From assembly GCA_009914755.4 (NCBI GenBank), contig CP068257.2, positions 1,888,001 through 1,952,000 on the forward strand: a stretch of 64,000 nucleotides of DNA. The letters run 5' to 3'. The notes beneath the pieces are model-generated. The model had not been told where the DNA came from. It was given only the letters and a program-made list of their open reading frames with translations, and made no database searches. This DNA comes from the human T2T-CHM13v2.0 reference genome, Homo sapiens. Both the position numbers and the translations under genes were made by a program. Shown piece by piece: positions 49,701-63,840 of this stretch; the first letter of the stretch is position 1; every line of letters starts with the position of its first letter.

Positions 49701-52700
49701 ATATACTGTACATAAAATATGAAATTACATCAAATATATATTATATTAGGTACATAAAATATGAAAGTACATCATATATAGATTATATACTGTACATTAA
49801 ATACCAAAGTACCCCAAATATATATTTTATACTGTACATGAAATATCAAAGTTCACAAACTATATATTATATACTGTACATATAATATCAAAGTACCCAA
49901 GGTATATATTCTATACTGTACAAAAAATATCAAAGTACCTAAAGCATGTATTATATACAGTACATAAAATATGAAAGTACATCAAATATATATTTTATTC
50001 TGTACATAAAATATCAAAGTACACCAGATATATATTCTATAGTGTACATAAAATAACAAAGTACACAAACTATAAATTATATACTGTACATAAAATATGA
50101 AATTACATCAAATATATATTAGGTACATAAAATATGAAAGTACATCAAATATAGATTATATACTGTACATAAAATATCAATGTACCCCAAATATATATTT
50201 TATACTCTACATGAAATACCAAAGTTCACAAACCATATATTATATACTGTACATAAAATATCAAAGTACCCAAGGTATATATTCTATACTGTACAAAAAA
50301 TATCAAAGTACCCAAAGCATGTATTATATACTGTACATAAAATATGAAAGTACATCAAATATATATTTTATTCTGTACATAAAATATCAAAGTACACCAG
50401 ATATATATTCTATAGTGTACATAAAATATCAAAGTACCCAAACTATACATTATATACTGTACATAAAATATGAAATTACATCAAATATATATTATATTAG
50501 GTACATAAAATATGAAAGTACATCAAATATAGATTATATACTGTACATTAAATACCAAAGTACCCCAAATATATATTTTATACTGTACATGAAATATCAA
50601 AGTTCACAAACTATATATTATATACTGTACATAAAATATCAAAGTACCCAAGGTATATATTCTATACTGTACAAAAAATATCAAAGTACCCAAAGCATGT
50701 ATTATATACTGTACCTAAAATATGAAAGTACATCAAATATATATTTTATTCTGTACATAAATTATCAAAGTACACCAGATATATATTCTATAGTGTACAT
50801 AAAATATCAAAGTACCCAAACTATACATTATATACTGTACATAAAATATGAAATTACATCAAATATATATTATATTAGGTACATAAAATATGAAAGTACA
50901 TCAAATATAGATTATACACTGTACATAAAATATCAAAGTACCCCAAATATATATTATATACTCTACATGAAATATCAAAGTTCACAAACTATATATTATA
51001 TACTGTACATAAAATAAAGTCCCCAAGGTATATATTCTATACTGTAGAAAAAATATCAAAGTACCCAAAGCATGTATTATATACTGTATATAAAATATGA
51101 AATTACATCAAATATATATTTTATTCTGTACATAATATATCAAAGTACACCAGATATATATTCTATAGTGTACATAAAATAACAAAGTACAAAAACTATA
51201 AATTATATACTGTACATAAAATATGAAATTACATCAAATATATATTAGGTACATAAAATATGAAAGTACATCAAATATAGATTATATACTGTACATAAAA
51301 TTTCAATGTACCCCAAATATATATTTTATACTCTACATGAAATATCAAAGTTCACAAACCATATATTATATACTGTACATAAAATATCAAAGTACCCAAG
51401 GTATATATTCTATACTATACAAAAAATATCAAAGTACCCAAAGCATGTATTATATACTGTACCTAAAATATGAAAGTACATCGAATATATATTTTATTCT
51501 GTACATAAAATATCAAAGTACACCAGATATATATTCTATAGTGTACATAAAATATCAAAGTACCCAAACTATACATTATATACTGTACATAAAATATGAA
51601 ATTACATCAAATATATTTTATATTAGGTACATAAAATATGAAAGTACATCAAATATAGATTATATACTGTACATTAAATACCAAAGTACCCCAAATATAT
51701 ATTTTATACTGTACATGAAATATCAAAGTTCACAAACTATATATTATATACTGTACATATAATATCAAAGTACCCAAGGTATATATTCTATACTGTACAA
51801 AAAATAACAAAGTACCAAAAGCATGTATAATATACTGTACATAAAATATGAAAGTACATCAAATATATATTTTATTCTGTACATAAAATATCAAAGTACA
51901 CCAGATATATATTCTATAGTGTACATAAAATATCAAAGTACCCAAACTATACATTATATACTGTAAATAAAATATGAAATTACATCAAATATATTTTATA
52001 TTAGGTACATAAAATATGAAAGTACATCAAATATAGATTATATACTGTACATTAAATACCAAAGTACCCCAAATATATAATTTATACTGTACATGAAATA
52101 TCAAAGTTCACAAACTATATATTATATACTGTACATAAATTATCAAAGTACCCAAGGTATATATTCTATACTGTACAAAAAATATGAAAGTACCCAAAGC
52201 ATGTATTATATACTGTACATAAAATATGTAAGTACATCAAATATATATTTTATTCTGTACATAATATATCAAAGTACACCAGATATATATTCTATAGTGT
52301 ACATAAAATAACAAAGTACACAAACTATACATTATATACTGTACATAAAATATGAAATTACATCAAATATATATTAGGTACATAAAATATGAAAGAACAT
52401 CAAATATAGATTATATACTGTACATAAAATATCAATGTACCCCAAATATATATTTTATACTATACATGAAATATCAAAGTTCACAAACCATATATTGTAT
52501 ACTGTACATAAAATATCAAAGTACCCAAGGTATATGTTCTATACTGTACAAAAAATATCAAAGTACCCAAAGCATGTATTATATACTGTACATAAAATAT
52601 GAAAGTACATCAAATATATATTTTATTCCGTACATAAAATATCAAAGTACACCAGATATATATTCTATAGTGTACATAAAATATAAAAGTACACAAACTA

Positions 52701-53500
52701 TACATTATATACTGTACATAAAATATGAAATTACATCAAATATATATTATATAAGGTACATAAAATATGAAAGTATATCAAATATAGATTATATACTGTA
52801 CATTAAATACCAAAGAACCCCAAATATATATTATATACTCTACATGAAATATCAAAGTTCACAAACTATATATTATATACTGTAAATAAAATATCAAAGT
52901 ACCCAAGGTATATATTCTATACTGTACAAAAAATATCAAAGTACCCAAAGCATGTATTATATACTGTATATAAAATATGAAAGTACATCAAATATATATT
53001 TTATTCTGTACATAAAATATCAATGTACACCAGATATATATTCTATAGTGAACATAAAATAACAAAGTACAAAAACTATAAATTATATACTGTACATAAA
53101 ATATGAAATTACATCAAATATATATTAGGTACATAAAATATGAAAGTACATCAAATATAGATTATATACTGTACATAAAATATCAATGTACCCCAAATAT
53201 ATATTTTATACTCGACATGAAATATCAAAGTTCACAAACCATATAATATATACTGTATACAAAATATCAAAGTACCCAAGGTATATATTCTATAGTGTAC
53301 AAAAAATATCAAAGTACCCAAAGCATGTATTATATACTGTACATAAAATATGAAAGTACATCAAATATATATTTTATTCTGTACATAAAATATCAAAGTA
53401 CACCAGATATATATTCTATAGTGTACATAAAATATCAAAGTACCCAAACTATACATTATATACTGTACATAAAATATGAAATTACATCAAATATATATTA
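43710..53500. repeat. About 2.6 tandem copies of a 3757-bp superunit (43710-47465, 47466-51222, 51223-~53500); copies 2 and 3 share derived substitutions that copy 1 lacks
   Basis: Offset 3756/3757 matches at 44579/48336/52093, 44838/48595/52352, 45811/49568, 46340/50097 and 47466/51223. 3757 is about 5 x 751 bp. Confidence 0.75.
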
Positions 53501-55149
53501 TATTAGGTACATAAAATATTAAAGTACATCAAATATAGATTATATACTGTACATTAAATACCAAAGTAATCCAAATATATATTTTATACTGTACATGAAA
53601 TATCAAAGTTCACAAACTATATATTATATACTGTACATATAATATCAAAGTACCCAAGGTATATATTCTATACTGTACAAAAAATATCAAAGTACCCAAA
53701 GCATGTATTATATACAGTACATAAAATAAGAAAGTACATCAAATATATATTTTATTCTGTACATAAAATATCAAAGTACCCAAGGTATATGTTCTATACT
53801 GTACAAAAAATATCAAAGTACCCAAAGCATGTATTATATACTGTACATAAAATATGAAAGTACATCAAATATATATTTTATTCCGTACATAAGATATCAA
53901 AGTACACCAGATATATATTCTATAGTGTACATAAAATATCAAAGTACACAAACTATACATTATATACTGTACATAAAATATGAAATTACATCAAATATAT
54001 ATTATATAAGGTACATAAAATATGAAAGTACATCAAATATAGATTATATACTGTACATTAAATACCAAAGAATACCAAATATATATTATATACTCTACAT
54101 GAAATATCAAAGTTCACAAACTATATATTATATACTGTACATAAAATATCAAAGTACCCAAGGTATATATTCTATACTGTACAAAAAATATCAAAGTACC
54201 CAAAGCATGTATTATATACTGTATATAAAATATGAAAGTACATCAAATATATATTTTATTCTGTACATAAAATATCAAAGTACACCAGATATATATTCTA
54301 TAGTGTACACAAAATAACAAAGTATAAAAACTATAAATTATATACTGTACATAAAATATGAAATTACATCAAATATATATTAGGTACATAAAATATGAAA
54401 GTACATCAAATATAGATTATATACTGTACATAAAATATCAATGTACCCCAAATATATATTTTATACTCTACATGAAATATCAAGGTTCACAAACCATATA
54501 ATATATACTGTACATAAAATATCAAAGTACCCAAGGTATATATTCTATACTGTAAAAAAATATCAAAGTACCCAAAGCATGTATTATATACTGTACATAA
54601 AATATGAAAGTACATCAAATATATATTTTATTCTGTACATAAAATATCAAAGTACACCAGATATATATTCTATAGTGTACATAAAATATCAAAGTACCCA
54701 AACTATACATTATATACTGTACATAAAATATGAAATTACATCAAATATATATTATATTAGGTACATAAAATATGAAAGTACATCAAATATAGATTATATA
54801 CTGTACATTAAATACCAAAGTACCCCAAATATATATTTTATACTGTACATGAAATATCAAAGTTCACAAACTATATATTATATACTGTACATATAATATA
54901 AAAGTACCCAAGGTATATATTCTATACTGTACAAAAAATATCAAAGTACCCAAAGCATGTATTATATACAGTACATAAAATATGAAAGTACATCAAATAT
55001 ATGTTTTATTCTGTACATAAAATATCAAAGTACACCAGATATATATTCTATAGTGTACATAAAATAACAAAGTACACAAACTATAAATTATATACTGTAC
55101 ATAAAATATGAAATTACATCAAATATATATTAGGTACATAAAATATGAA

Positions 55150-58100
55150 AGTACATCAAATATAGATTATATACTGTACATAAAATATCAATGTACCCCA
55201 AATATATATTTTATACTCTACATGAAATACCAAAGTTCACAAACCATATATTATATACTGTACATAAAATATCAAAGTACTCAAGGTATATATTCTATAC
55301 TGTACAAAAAATATCAACGTACCCAAAGCATATATTATATTCTGTACATAAAATATCAAAGTAATCCAAATATATATTCTATAGTGTACATAAAATATGA
55401 AAGTACCCAAACTATACATTATATACTGTACATAAAATATGAAATTACATCAAATATATATTATATTAGGTATAGAAAATATTAAAGTACATCAAATATA
55501 GATTATATACTCTACATAAAATACCAAAGTACCCCAAATATATATTTTATACTGTACATGAAATATCAAAGTTCACAAACTATATATTATATACTGTACA
55601 TAAAATATCAAAGAACTCAAGGTATATATTCTATACTGTATAAAAAATATCAAAGTACCCAAAGCATATATTATATTCTGTACATAAAATATGAAAGTAC
55701 ATCAAATATATATTTTATTCTGTACATAAAATATCAAAGTAAACGAAATATATATTCTATACTGTATATGAAATATCAAAGTACCCATACTATACATTAT
55801 ATACTGTACATAAAATATGAAATTACATCAAATATATATTATATTAGGTACATAAAATATGAAAGTACATCAAATATAGATTATATACTGTACATTAAAT
55901 ACCAAAGTACCCCAAATATATATTTTATACTGTACATGAAATATCAAAGTTCACAAACTATATATTATATACTGTACATAAAATATCAAATTACCCAATG
56001 TATATATTCTATACTGTACAAAAAATATCAATGTACCCAAAGCATGTATTATATACTGTACATGAAATATGAAAGTACATCAAATATATATTTTATTCTG
56101 TACAAAAAATATCAAAGTACACCAAATATATATTCTATAGTGTACATAAAATATCAAAGTACCCAAACTATACATTATATACTGTACATAAAATATGAAA
56201 TTACATCAAATATATATTATATTAGGTACATAAAATATGAAAGTACATCAAAATTGATTATATACTGTACATAAAATATCAAAGTACCCCAAATATATAT
56301 TATATACTGTACATGAAATATCAAAGTTCACAAACAATATATTATATACTGTACAAAAAATATCAAAGTACCCAAAGCATGTATTATATACTGTACATAA
56401 AATATGAAAATACATCAAGTATATATTTTATTCTGTACATAAAATATCAAAGTACACCAAAAATGTATTCTATAGTGTACATAAAATATCAAATTACCCA
56501 AACTATACATTATATACTGTACATAAAAGATGAAATTACATCAAATATATATTATAATAGGTACATAAAATATGAAAGTACGTCTAATATAGATTATATA
56601 CTGTACATAAAATATCAAAGTACTCCAAATATATATTATATTCTGTACATGAAATATCAAAGTTCACAAACTATATATTATATACTGTACATAAAATATC
56701 AATGTACCCAAGGTATATATTCTATACTGTACAAAAAATATAAAAGTACCCAAAGCATGTATTATATACTGTACATAAAATATGAAATTACATCAAATAT
56801 ATATTTTATTCTGTACAAAAAATATCAAAGTACACCAAATATATATTCTATACTGTACATAAAATATCAAAGTACCCAAACTATACATTATATACTGTAC
56901 ATAAAATTTGAAATTACATAAAATATATATTATATTAGGTACATAAAATATGAAAGTACATCAAATATAGATTATATACTGTACATAAAATATCAAAGTA
57001 CCCCAAATATATATTATATAGTGTACATGAAATATCAAAGTTCACAAACTATATATTATATACTGTACATAAAATATCAAAGTACCCAAGGTATATATTC
57101 TGTACTGTACAAAAAATATCAAAGTACCCAAAGCATGTATTATATACTGTACATAAAATATGAAAGTACATCAAATATATATTTTATTCTGTACATAATA
57201 TATCAAAGTACACCAAATATATATTCTATAGTGTACATAAAATATCAAAGTACCCAAACTATACATTATATACTGTACATAAAATATGAAATTACATCAA
57301 ATATATATTATAATAGGTACATAAAATATGAAAGTACATCAAATATACATTATATACTGTACATAAAATATCAAAGTACCCCAAACATATATTATATACT
57401 GTACATGAAATATCAAAGTTCACAAACTATATATTATATACTGTACATAAAATATCAAAGTACCCAAGGTATATATTCTATAATGTACAGAAAATATCAA
57501 AGTACCCAAAGCATGTATTATATTCTGTACATAAAATATGAAAGTACATGAAATATATATTTTATTCTGTACATAAAATATCAAAGTACACCAAATATAT
57601 ATTTTATACTGTACATAAAATATCAAATTACCCAAACTATACATTATATACTGTACATAAAATATGAAATTACATCAAATATATATTATAATAGGTACGT
57701 AAAATATGAAAGTACGTCAAATATAGATTATATACCGTACATAAAATATCAAAGTACTCCAAATATATATTATATTCTGTACATGAAATATCAAAGTTCA
57801 CAAACTATATATTATACACTGTACATAAAATATCAACGTACCCAAGGTATATATTCTATACTGTACAAAAAATATCAAAGTACCCAAAGCATGTATTATA
57901 TACTGTACATAAAATATGAAAGTACATCAAATATATATTTTATTCTGTGCAAAAAATATCAAAGTACGCCAAATATATATTCTATACTGTATATAAAATA
58001 TCAAAGTACCCAAACTATACATTATATACTGTACATAAAATATGAAATTACATCAAATATATATTATATTAGGTAAATAAAATATGAAAGTACATCAAAT

Positions 58101-61100
58101 ATAGATTATATATGTACGTAAAATATCAAAGTACTCCAAATATATATTATATACTGTACATGAAATATCAAAGTTCACAAACTATATATTATATACTGTA
58201 CATAAAATATCAAAATACCCAAGGTATATATTCTATACTGTACAAAAAATATCAAAGTTCCCAAAGCATGTATTATATACTGTACATAAAATGTGAAAGT
58301 ACATCAAATATATATTTTATTCTGCACATAAAATATCAAAGTACACCAAATATATATTCTATAGTGTACATAAAATATCAAAGTACCCAAACTATACATT
58401 ATATACTGTACATAAAATATGAAATTACATCAAATATATATTATATTAGGTACAGAAAATATGAAAGTACATCAAATATAGATTATATACTGTCCATAAA
58501 ATACCAAAGTACACCAAATATATATTTTATACTGTACTTGAAATATCAAAAATCACAAACTATATATTATATACTCTACATAAAATATCAAAGTACTCAA
58601 GGTATATATTCTATACTTTACAAAAAATATCAAAGAACCCAAGGCATGTATTATATACTGTACATAAAATGTGAAAGGACATCAAATATATATTTTATTC
58701 TGTACATAAGATATCAAAGTAAACCAAATATATATTCTATACTGTTCATAAAATATCAAAGTACCAAACTATACATTGTATACTGTACATAAAATATGAA
58801 ATTACATAAAATATATATTATACTAGGTACATAAAATATGAAAGTACATCAAAATTGATTATATACTGTACATAAAATATCAAAGTACCCCAAATATATA
58901 TTATATACTGTACATGAAATATCAAAGTTCACAAACTATATATTATATACTGTACAAAAAATATCAAAGTACCCAAAGCATGTATTATATACTGTACATA
59001 AAATATGAAAGTGCATAAAATATATATTTTATTCTGTACATAGAATATCAAAGTACACCAAATATATATTCTATACTGTACATAAAATATCAAAGTACCC
59101 ATACTATACATTATATACTGTACAAAAAATATGAAATTACATCAAATATATATTATATTAGGTACATAAAATATGAAAGTACATCAAATATAGATTATAT
59201 ACTGTACATAAAATACCAAAGTACCCCAAATATATATTTTATACTGTACATGAAATATCAAAGTTCACAAACTATATATTATATACTGTACAAAAAATAT
59301 CAAACTACCCAAGGTATATATTCTGTACTGTACAGAAAATATCAAAGTACCCAAAGCATGTATTATATACTGTACATAAAATATGAAAGTACATCAAATA
59401 TATATTTTATTCTGTACATAAAATATCAAAGTACACCAAATATATATTCTACACTGTACATAAAATATCAAAGTACCCAAACTATACATTATATACTGTA
59501 CATAAAATATGAAATTACATCAAATATATATTATATTAGGTACATAAAATATGAAAGTACATCAAATATAGATTATATACTGTCCATAAAATACCAAAGT
59601 ACCCCAAATATATATTATACACTGTAGATGAAATATCAAAGTTCACAAACTATATATTATAGACTGTACATAAAATATCAAAGTACCCAAGGTATATATT
59701 GTATACTGTATAAAAAATATCAAAGTACCCAAAGCATGTATTATATACTGTACATAAAATGTGAAAGTACATCAAATATATATTTTATTCTGTACATAAA
59801 TTATCAAAGTACACCACATATATATTCTGTAGTGTACATAAAATATCAAAGTACTCAAAGTATACATTATATACTGTACATAAAATATGAAATTACATCA
59901 ATTATATACTATATTAGGTACATAAAATATGAAAGTACATCAAATATAGATTATATACTGTACATAAAATATCAACGTACCCCAAATATATATTATATAC
60001 TGTACATGAAATACCAAAGTTCACAAACTATATATTATATGCTGTACATAAAATATCAATGTACCCAAGTTATATATTCTATACTGTACAAAAAATATCA
60101 AAGTACCCAAAGCATGTAGTATATACTGTACATAAAATATCAAAGTACATCAAATATATATTTCATTCCGTACAAAAAATATCAAAGTCCACCAAATATA
60201 TATTCTATAGTGTGCATAAAATATCAAACTACCCAAACTATACATTATATAGTGTACATAAAATATGAAATTACATGAAATATATATTATATTAGGTACA
60301 TAAAATATGAAAGTACATCAAATATAGATTATATACTGTAGATAAAATATCAAAGTACCCCAAATATATATTATATACTGTACATGAAATATCAAAGTTC
60401 ACAAACTATATATTATATACTGTACATAAAATATAAAAGTACTCAAGGTATATATTCTGTACTGTACAAAAAATATCAAAGTACCCAAAGCATGTATTAA
60501 ATACTGTACATAAAATATGAAAGTACATCAAATATATATTTTATTCTGTAAATAAAATATCAAAGTACACCAAATATATATTCTATACTGTACATAAAAT
60601 ATCAAAGTACCCAAACTATACATTATATACTGTACATAAAATATGAAATTACATCAAATATATATTATATTAGGTACATAAAATATGAAAGTACATCAAA
60701 TATAGATTATATACTGTACATAAAACATCAAAGTACCCCAAATATATATTATAAACTGTACATGAAATATCAAAGTTCACAAACTATATATTATATACTG
60801 TACATAAAATATCAAGGTACTCAAGGTATATATTCTATAATGTACAGAAAATATCAAAGTACCCAAAGCATGTATTATATTCTGTACATAAAATGTGAAA
60901 GTACATGAAATATATATTTTATTCTGTACATAAAATATCAAAGTACTCCAAATATATATTTTATACTGTACAAAAAATATCAAATTACCCAAACTATACA
61001 TTATATACTGTACATAAAATATGAAATTACATCAAATATATATTATAATAGGTACATAAAATATGAAAGTACATCAAATATAGATTATATACTGTACATA

Positions 61101-63330
61101 AAACATCAAAGTACTCCAAATATGTATTATATTCTGTACATGAAATATCAAAGTTCACAAACTATAAATTATATACTGTACATAATATATCAATGTACCC
61201 AAGGTATATATTCTATACTGTACAAAATATATCAAAGTACCAAAAGCATGTATTATATACTGTACATAAAATATGAAAGTATACCAAATATATATTTTAT
61301 TCTGTACATAAAATATCAAATTACACCAAATATATATTCTATACTGTACATAAAATATCAAAGTACCCAAACTATACATTATATACTGTACATAAAATAT
61401 GAAATTACATCAAAAATATATTATATTAGGTACATAAAATATGAAAGTACATCAAATATAGATTATATACTGTACATAAAATATCAAAGTACCCCAAATA
61501 TATATTATATACTGTACATGAAATATCAAAGTTTACAAACTATATATTCTATACTGTACATAAAATATCAAAGTACAAAAGGTATATATTCTATACTGTA
61601 CAAAAAATATCAAAGTACCCAAAGCATGTATTATATACTGTACATAAAATACGAATGTACATCAAATATATATTTTATTCTGTACATAAAATATCAAAGT
61701 ACCACAAATATATATTATATACTGTACATGAAATATCAAAGTTCACAAACTATATATTATATACTGTACATAAAATATCAATGTACCCAAGGTATATATT
61801 CTATACTGTACAAAAAATATCAAAGTACCCAAAGCATGTATTATATACTGTACATAAAATATGAAATTACATCAAATATATATTTCATTCTGTACAAAAA
61901 ATATCAAAGTACTCCAAATATATATTCTATAGTGTACATAAAATATCAAAGTACCCAAACTATACATTATATACTGTACATAGAATATGAAATTACATCA
62001 ATTATATATTATATTAGATACATAAAATATGAAAGTACATCAAATATAGATTATGTACTGTACATAAAATACCAAAGTACTCCAAATATATATTATATTC
62101 TGTACATGAAATATCAAAGTTCACAAACTATATATTATATACTGTACATAAAATATCAATGTACCCAAGGTATATATTCTATACTGTACAAAATATATCA
62201 AAGTACCCAAAGCATGTATTACATACTGTACATAAAATATGAAAGTACACCAAATATATATTTTATTCTGTACATAAAATATCAAAGTACACCAAATATA
62301 TATTCTATACTGTACATAAAATATCAAAGTACCCAAACTATACATTATATACTGTACATAAAATATGAAATTACATCAAAAATATATTATATTAGGTACA
62401 TAAAATATGAAAGTACATCAATTATAGATTATATACTGTACATAAAATATGAAAGTACCCCAAATATATAGTATATACTGTAGATGAAATATCAAAGTTC
62501 ACAAAATATATATTATATACTGTACATAATATATCAAAGTACCCAAGGTATATATTCTATACTGTACAAAAAATATCAAAGTACCCAAAGCATGTATTAT
62601 ATACTGTACATAAAATATGAAAGTACATCAAATATATATTTTATTCTGTACATAAATTATCAAAGTACACCAAATATATATTCTATAGTGTACATAAAAT
62701 ATCAAAGTACCCAAACTATACATTATATACTGTACATAAAATACGAAATTACATCAAATATATATTATAATAGGTACATAAAATATGAAAGTACATCAAA
62801 TATAGATTATATACTGTACATAAAATATCAAAGTACTCCAAATATACATTATATTCTGTACATGAAATATCAAAGTTCACAAACTATATATTGTATACTG
62901 TACATAAAATATCAATGTACCCAAGGTATATATTCTATACTGTACAAAATATATCAAAGTACCCAAAGCATGTATTATATACTGTACATAAAATATGAAA
63001 GTACACCAAATATATATTTTATTCTGTACATAAAATATCAAAGTACACCAAATATATATTCTATACTGTACATAAAATATCAAAGTACCCAAACTATACA
63101 TTATATACTGTACATAAAATATGAAATTACATCAAATATATATTATGTTAGGTACATAAAATATGAAAGTACATCAAATATAGATTATATAGTGTACATA
63201 AAATATCAAAGTACCCCAAATATGTATTGTATACTATACATGAAATATCAAAATACACAAACTATGTATTCTATACTGTACATAAAATATCAAAGTACCC
63301 AAAGCATGTATTATATAATGTACATAAAAT
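55150..63330. repeat. Diverged domain of the same satellite: the ~375-bp HOR periodicity persists but monomers are visibly more variable; the beta-type M1 and the M9 TAAC variant are absent; the M8 segment ccagat is mostly replaced by ccaaat; a new M1 variant attataatagg appears
   Basis: The last beta M1 (atatattaggtac) is at about 55130 and the last aaaataacaaagtac at about 55060. After that, M1 copies occur every ~330-390 bp, with monomer deletions and fusions (for example the 333-bp unit 55108-55441 lacks M7). Minus-strand and frame-shifted ORFs appear only in this part of the window. Confidence 0.7.
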
Positions 63331-63840
63331 ATCAAACTACACAAATATTTATTGTGAACTCGAAATAAAATATCAAATTAACCAAACTATATAATATATA
63401 TTGTACATAAAAAACCAAAGTACCCAAACCATATATTTTATACTGTACATAAAATATCAAAGTACACAAAATGTATATTCTATACTCTACATAAAATATC
63501 AAAGTACCCAAACATGTATTATATACTGTACATAAAATATCAAAGTACACAAATATTTATTGTTCACTCTAAATAAAATATCAAAGTAACCAAACTATAT
63601 ATTATATATTGTACATAAAAAATCAAAGTACCCAAACTATATATTTTATACTGTACATAAAATATCAAAGTACACCAAATATATATTCTATACTGTACAT
63701 AAAATACCGAAGCACATCAAATATATATTCTATACTGTACATAAAATATCAAACTACCCAAATATATATTGTATACTGTACCTAATATATCAAAGTACCC
63801 AAATTATATATTTTATACTGTACATAAACTATCAAAGTGC
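63331..63840. repeat. Divergent sub-variant: two copies of a ~210-bp (5-monomer) unit plus a partial third, containing the novel monomer acaaatatttattgt[g/t][a/c]actc[g/t]aaataaaatatcaaa[tt/gt]aaccaaactata and an aaaaa[a/c]caaagtacccaaac monomer
   Basis: The novel monomer is at 63340-63385 and again at 63550-63595; the flanking monomers are colinear at offset 210. The canonical M1-M2 (atgaacttacatcaaatacatattatattaggtacataaaatatgaaag) resumes at about 63875. Confidence 0.6.

Larger units (their letters stand above)
1..55150. repeat. Homogenised higher-order-repeat (HOR) domain: 9-monomer units of 373/378 bp alternating as alpha/beta into dimers of ~748-751 bp; copies appear to be >99% identical
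   Basis: Nine diagnostic monomers recur in a fixed order. M1 is atgaaattacatcaaatatatatta(tat)tagg, M2 is gtacataaaatatgaaagtacatcaaatatagattatatac, M3 carries caatgtaccccaaatatatattttatac, M4 carries tctacatgaaatatcaaagttcacaaac, M5 carries cccaaggtatatattctatac, M6 carries acaaaaaatatcaaagtacccaaagcatgtattatatac, M7 carries atgaaagtacatcaaatatatattttattc, M8 carries acaccagatatatattctatag, and M9 carries cccaaactatacattatatac. The pseudo-ORF translations are identical over hundreds of residues between copies. Confidence 0.85.

Noticed and set aside
54441-54560. ORF 54441..54896, which begins with an unusual N-terminus (MYPKYIFYTLHEISRFTNHIIYTVHKISKYPRYIFYTVKK) and might mark unique sequence
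   Set aside because: The underlying DNA is ordinary M3-M6 monomers read in a different frame, the same frame as the 60059 and 61655 ORFs. It then shifts into the usual frame through an indel (ctgtaaaaaaatatc, lacking one a). It is not unique sequence.
55237-63550. Minus-strand ORFs (55237-55419, 57420-57644, 58929-59111, 60777-61001, 61155-61379, 62121-62345, 62877-63101, 63332-63550)
   Set aside because: These are reverse-complement readings of the same monomers (LGTLIFYVQY is the reverse complement of tgtacataaaatatcaaagtacccaag). They appear only where divergence has removed minus-frame stops. They indicate no inversion and no gene.
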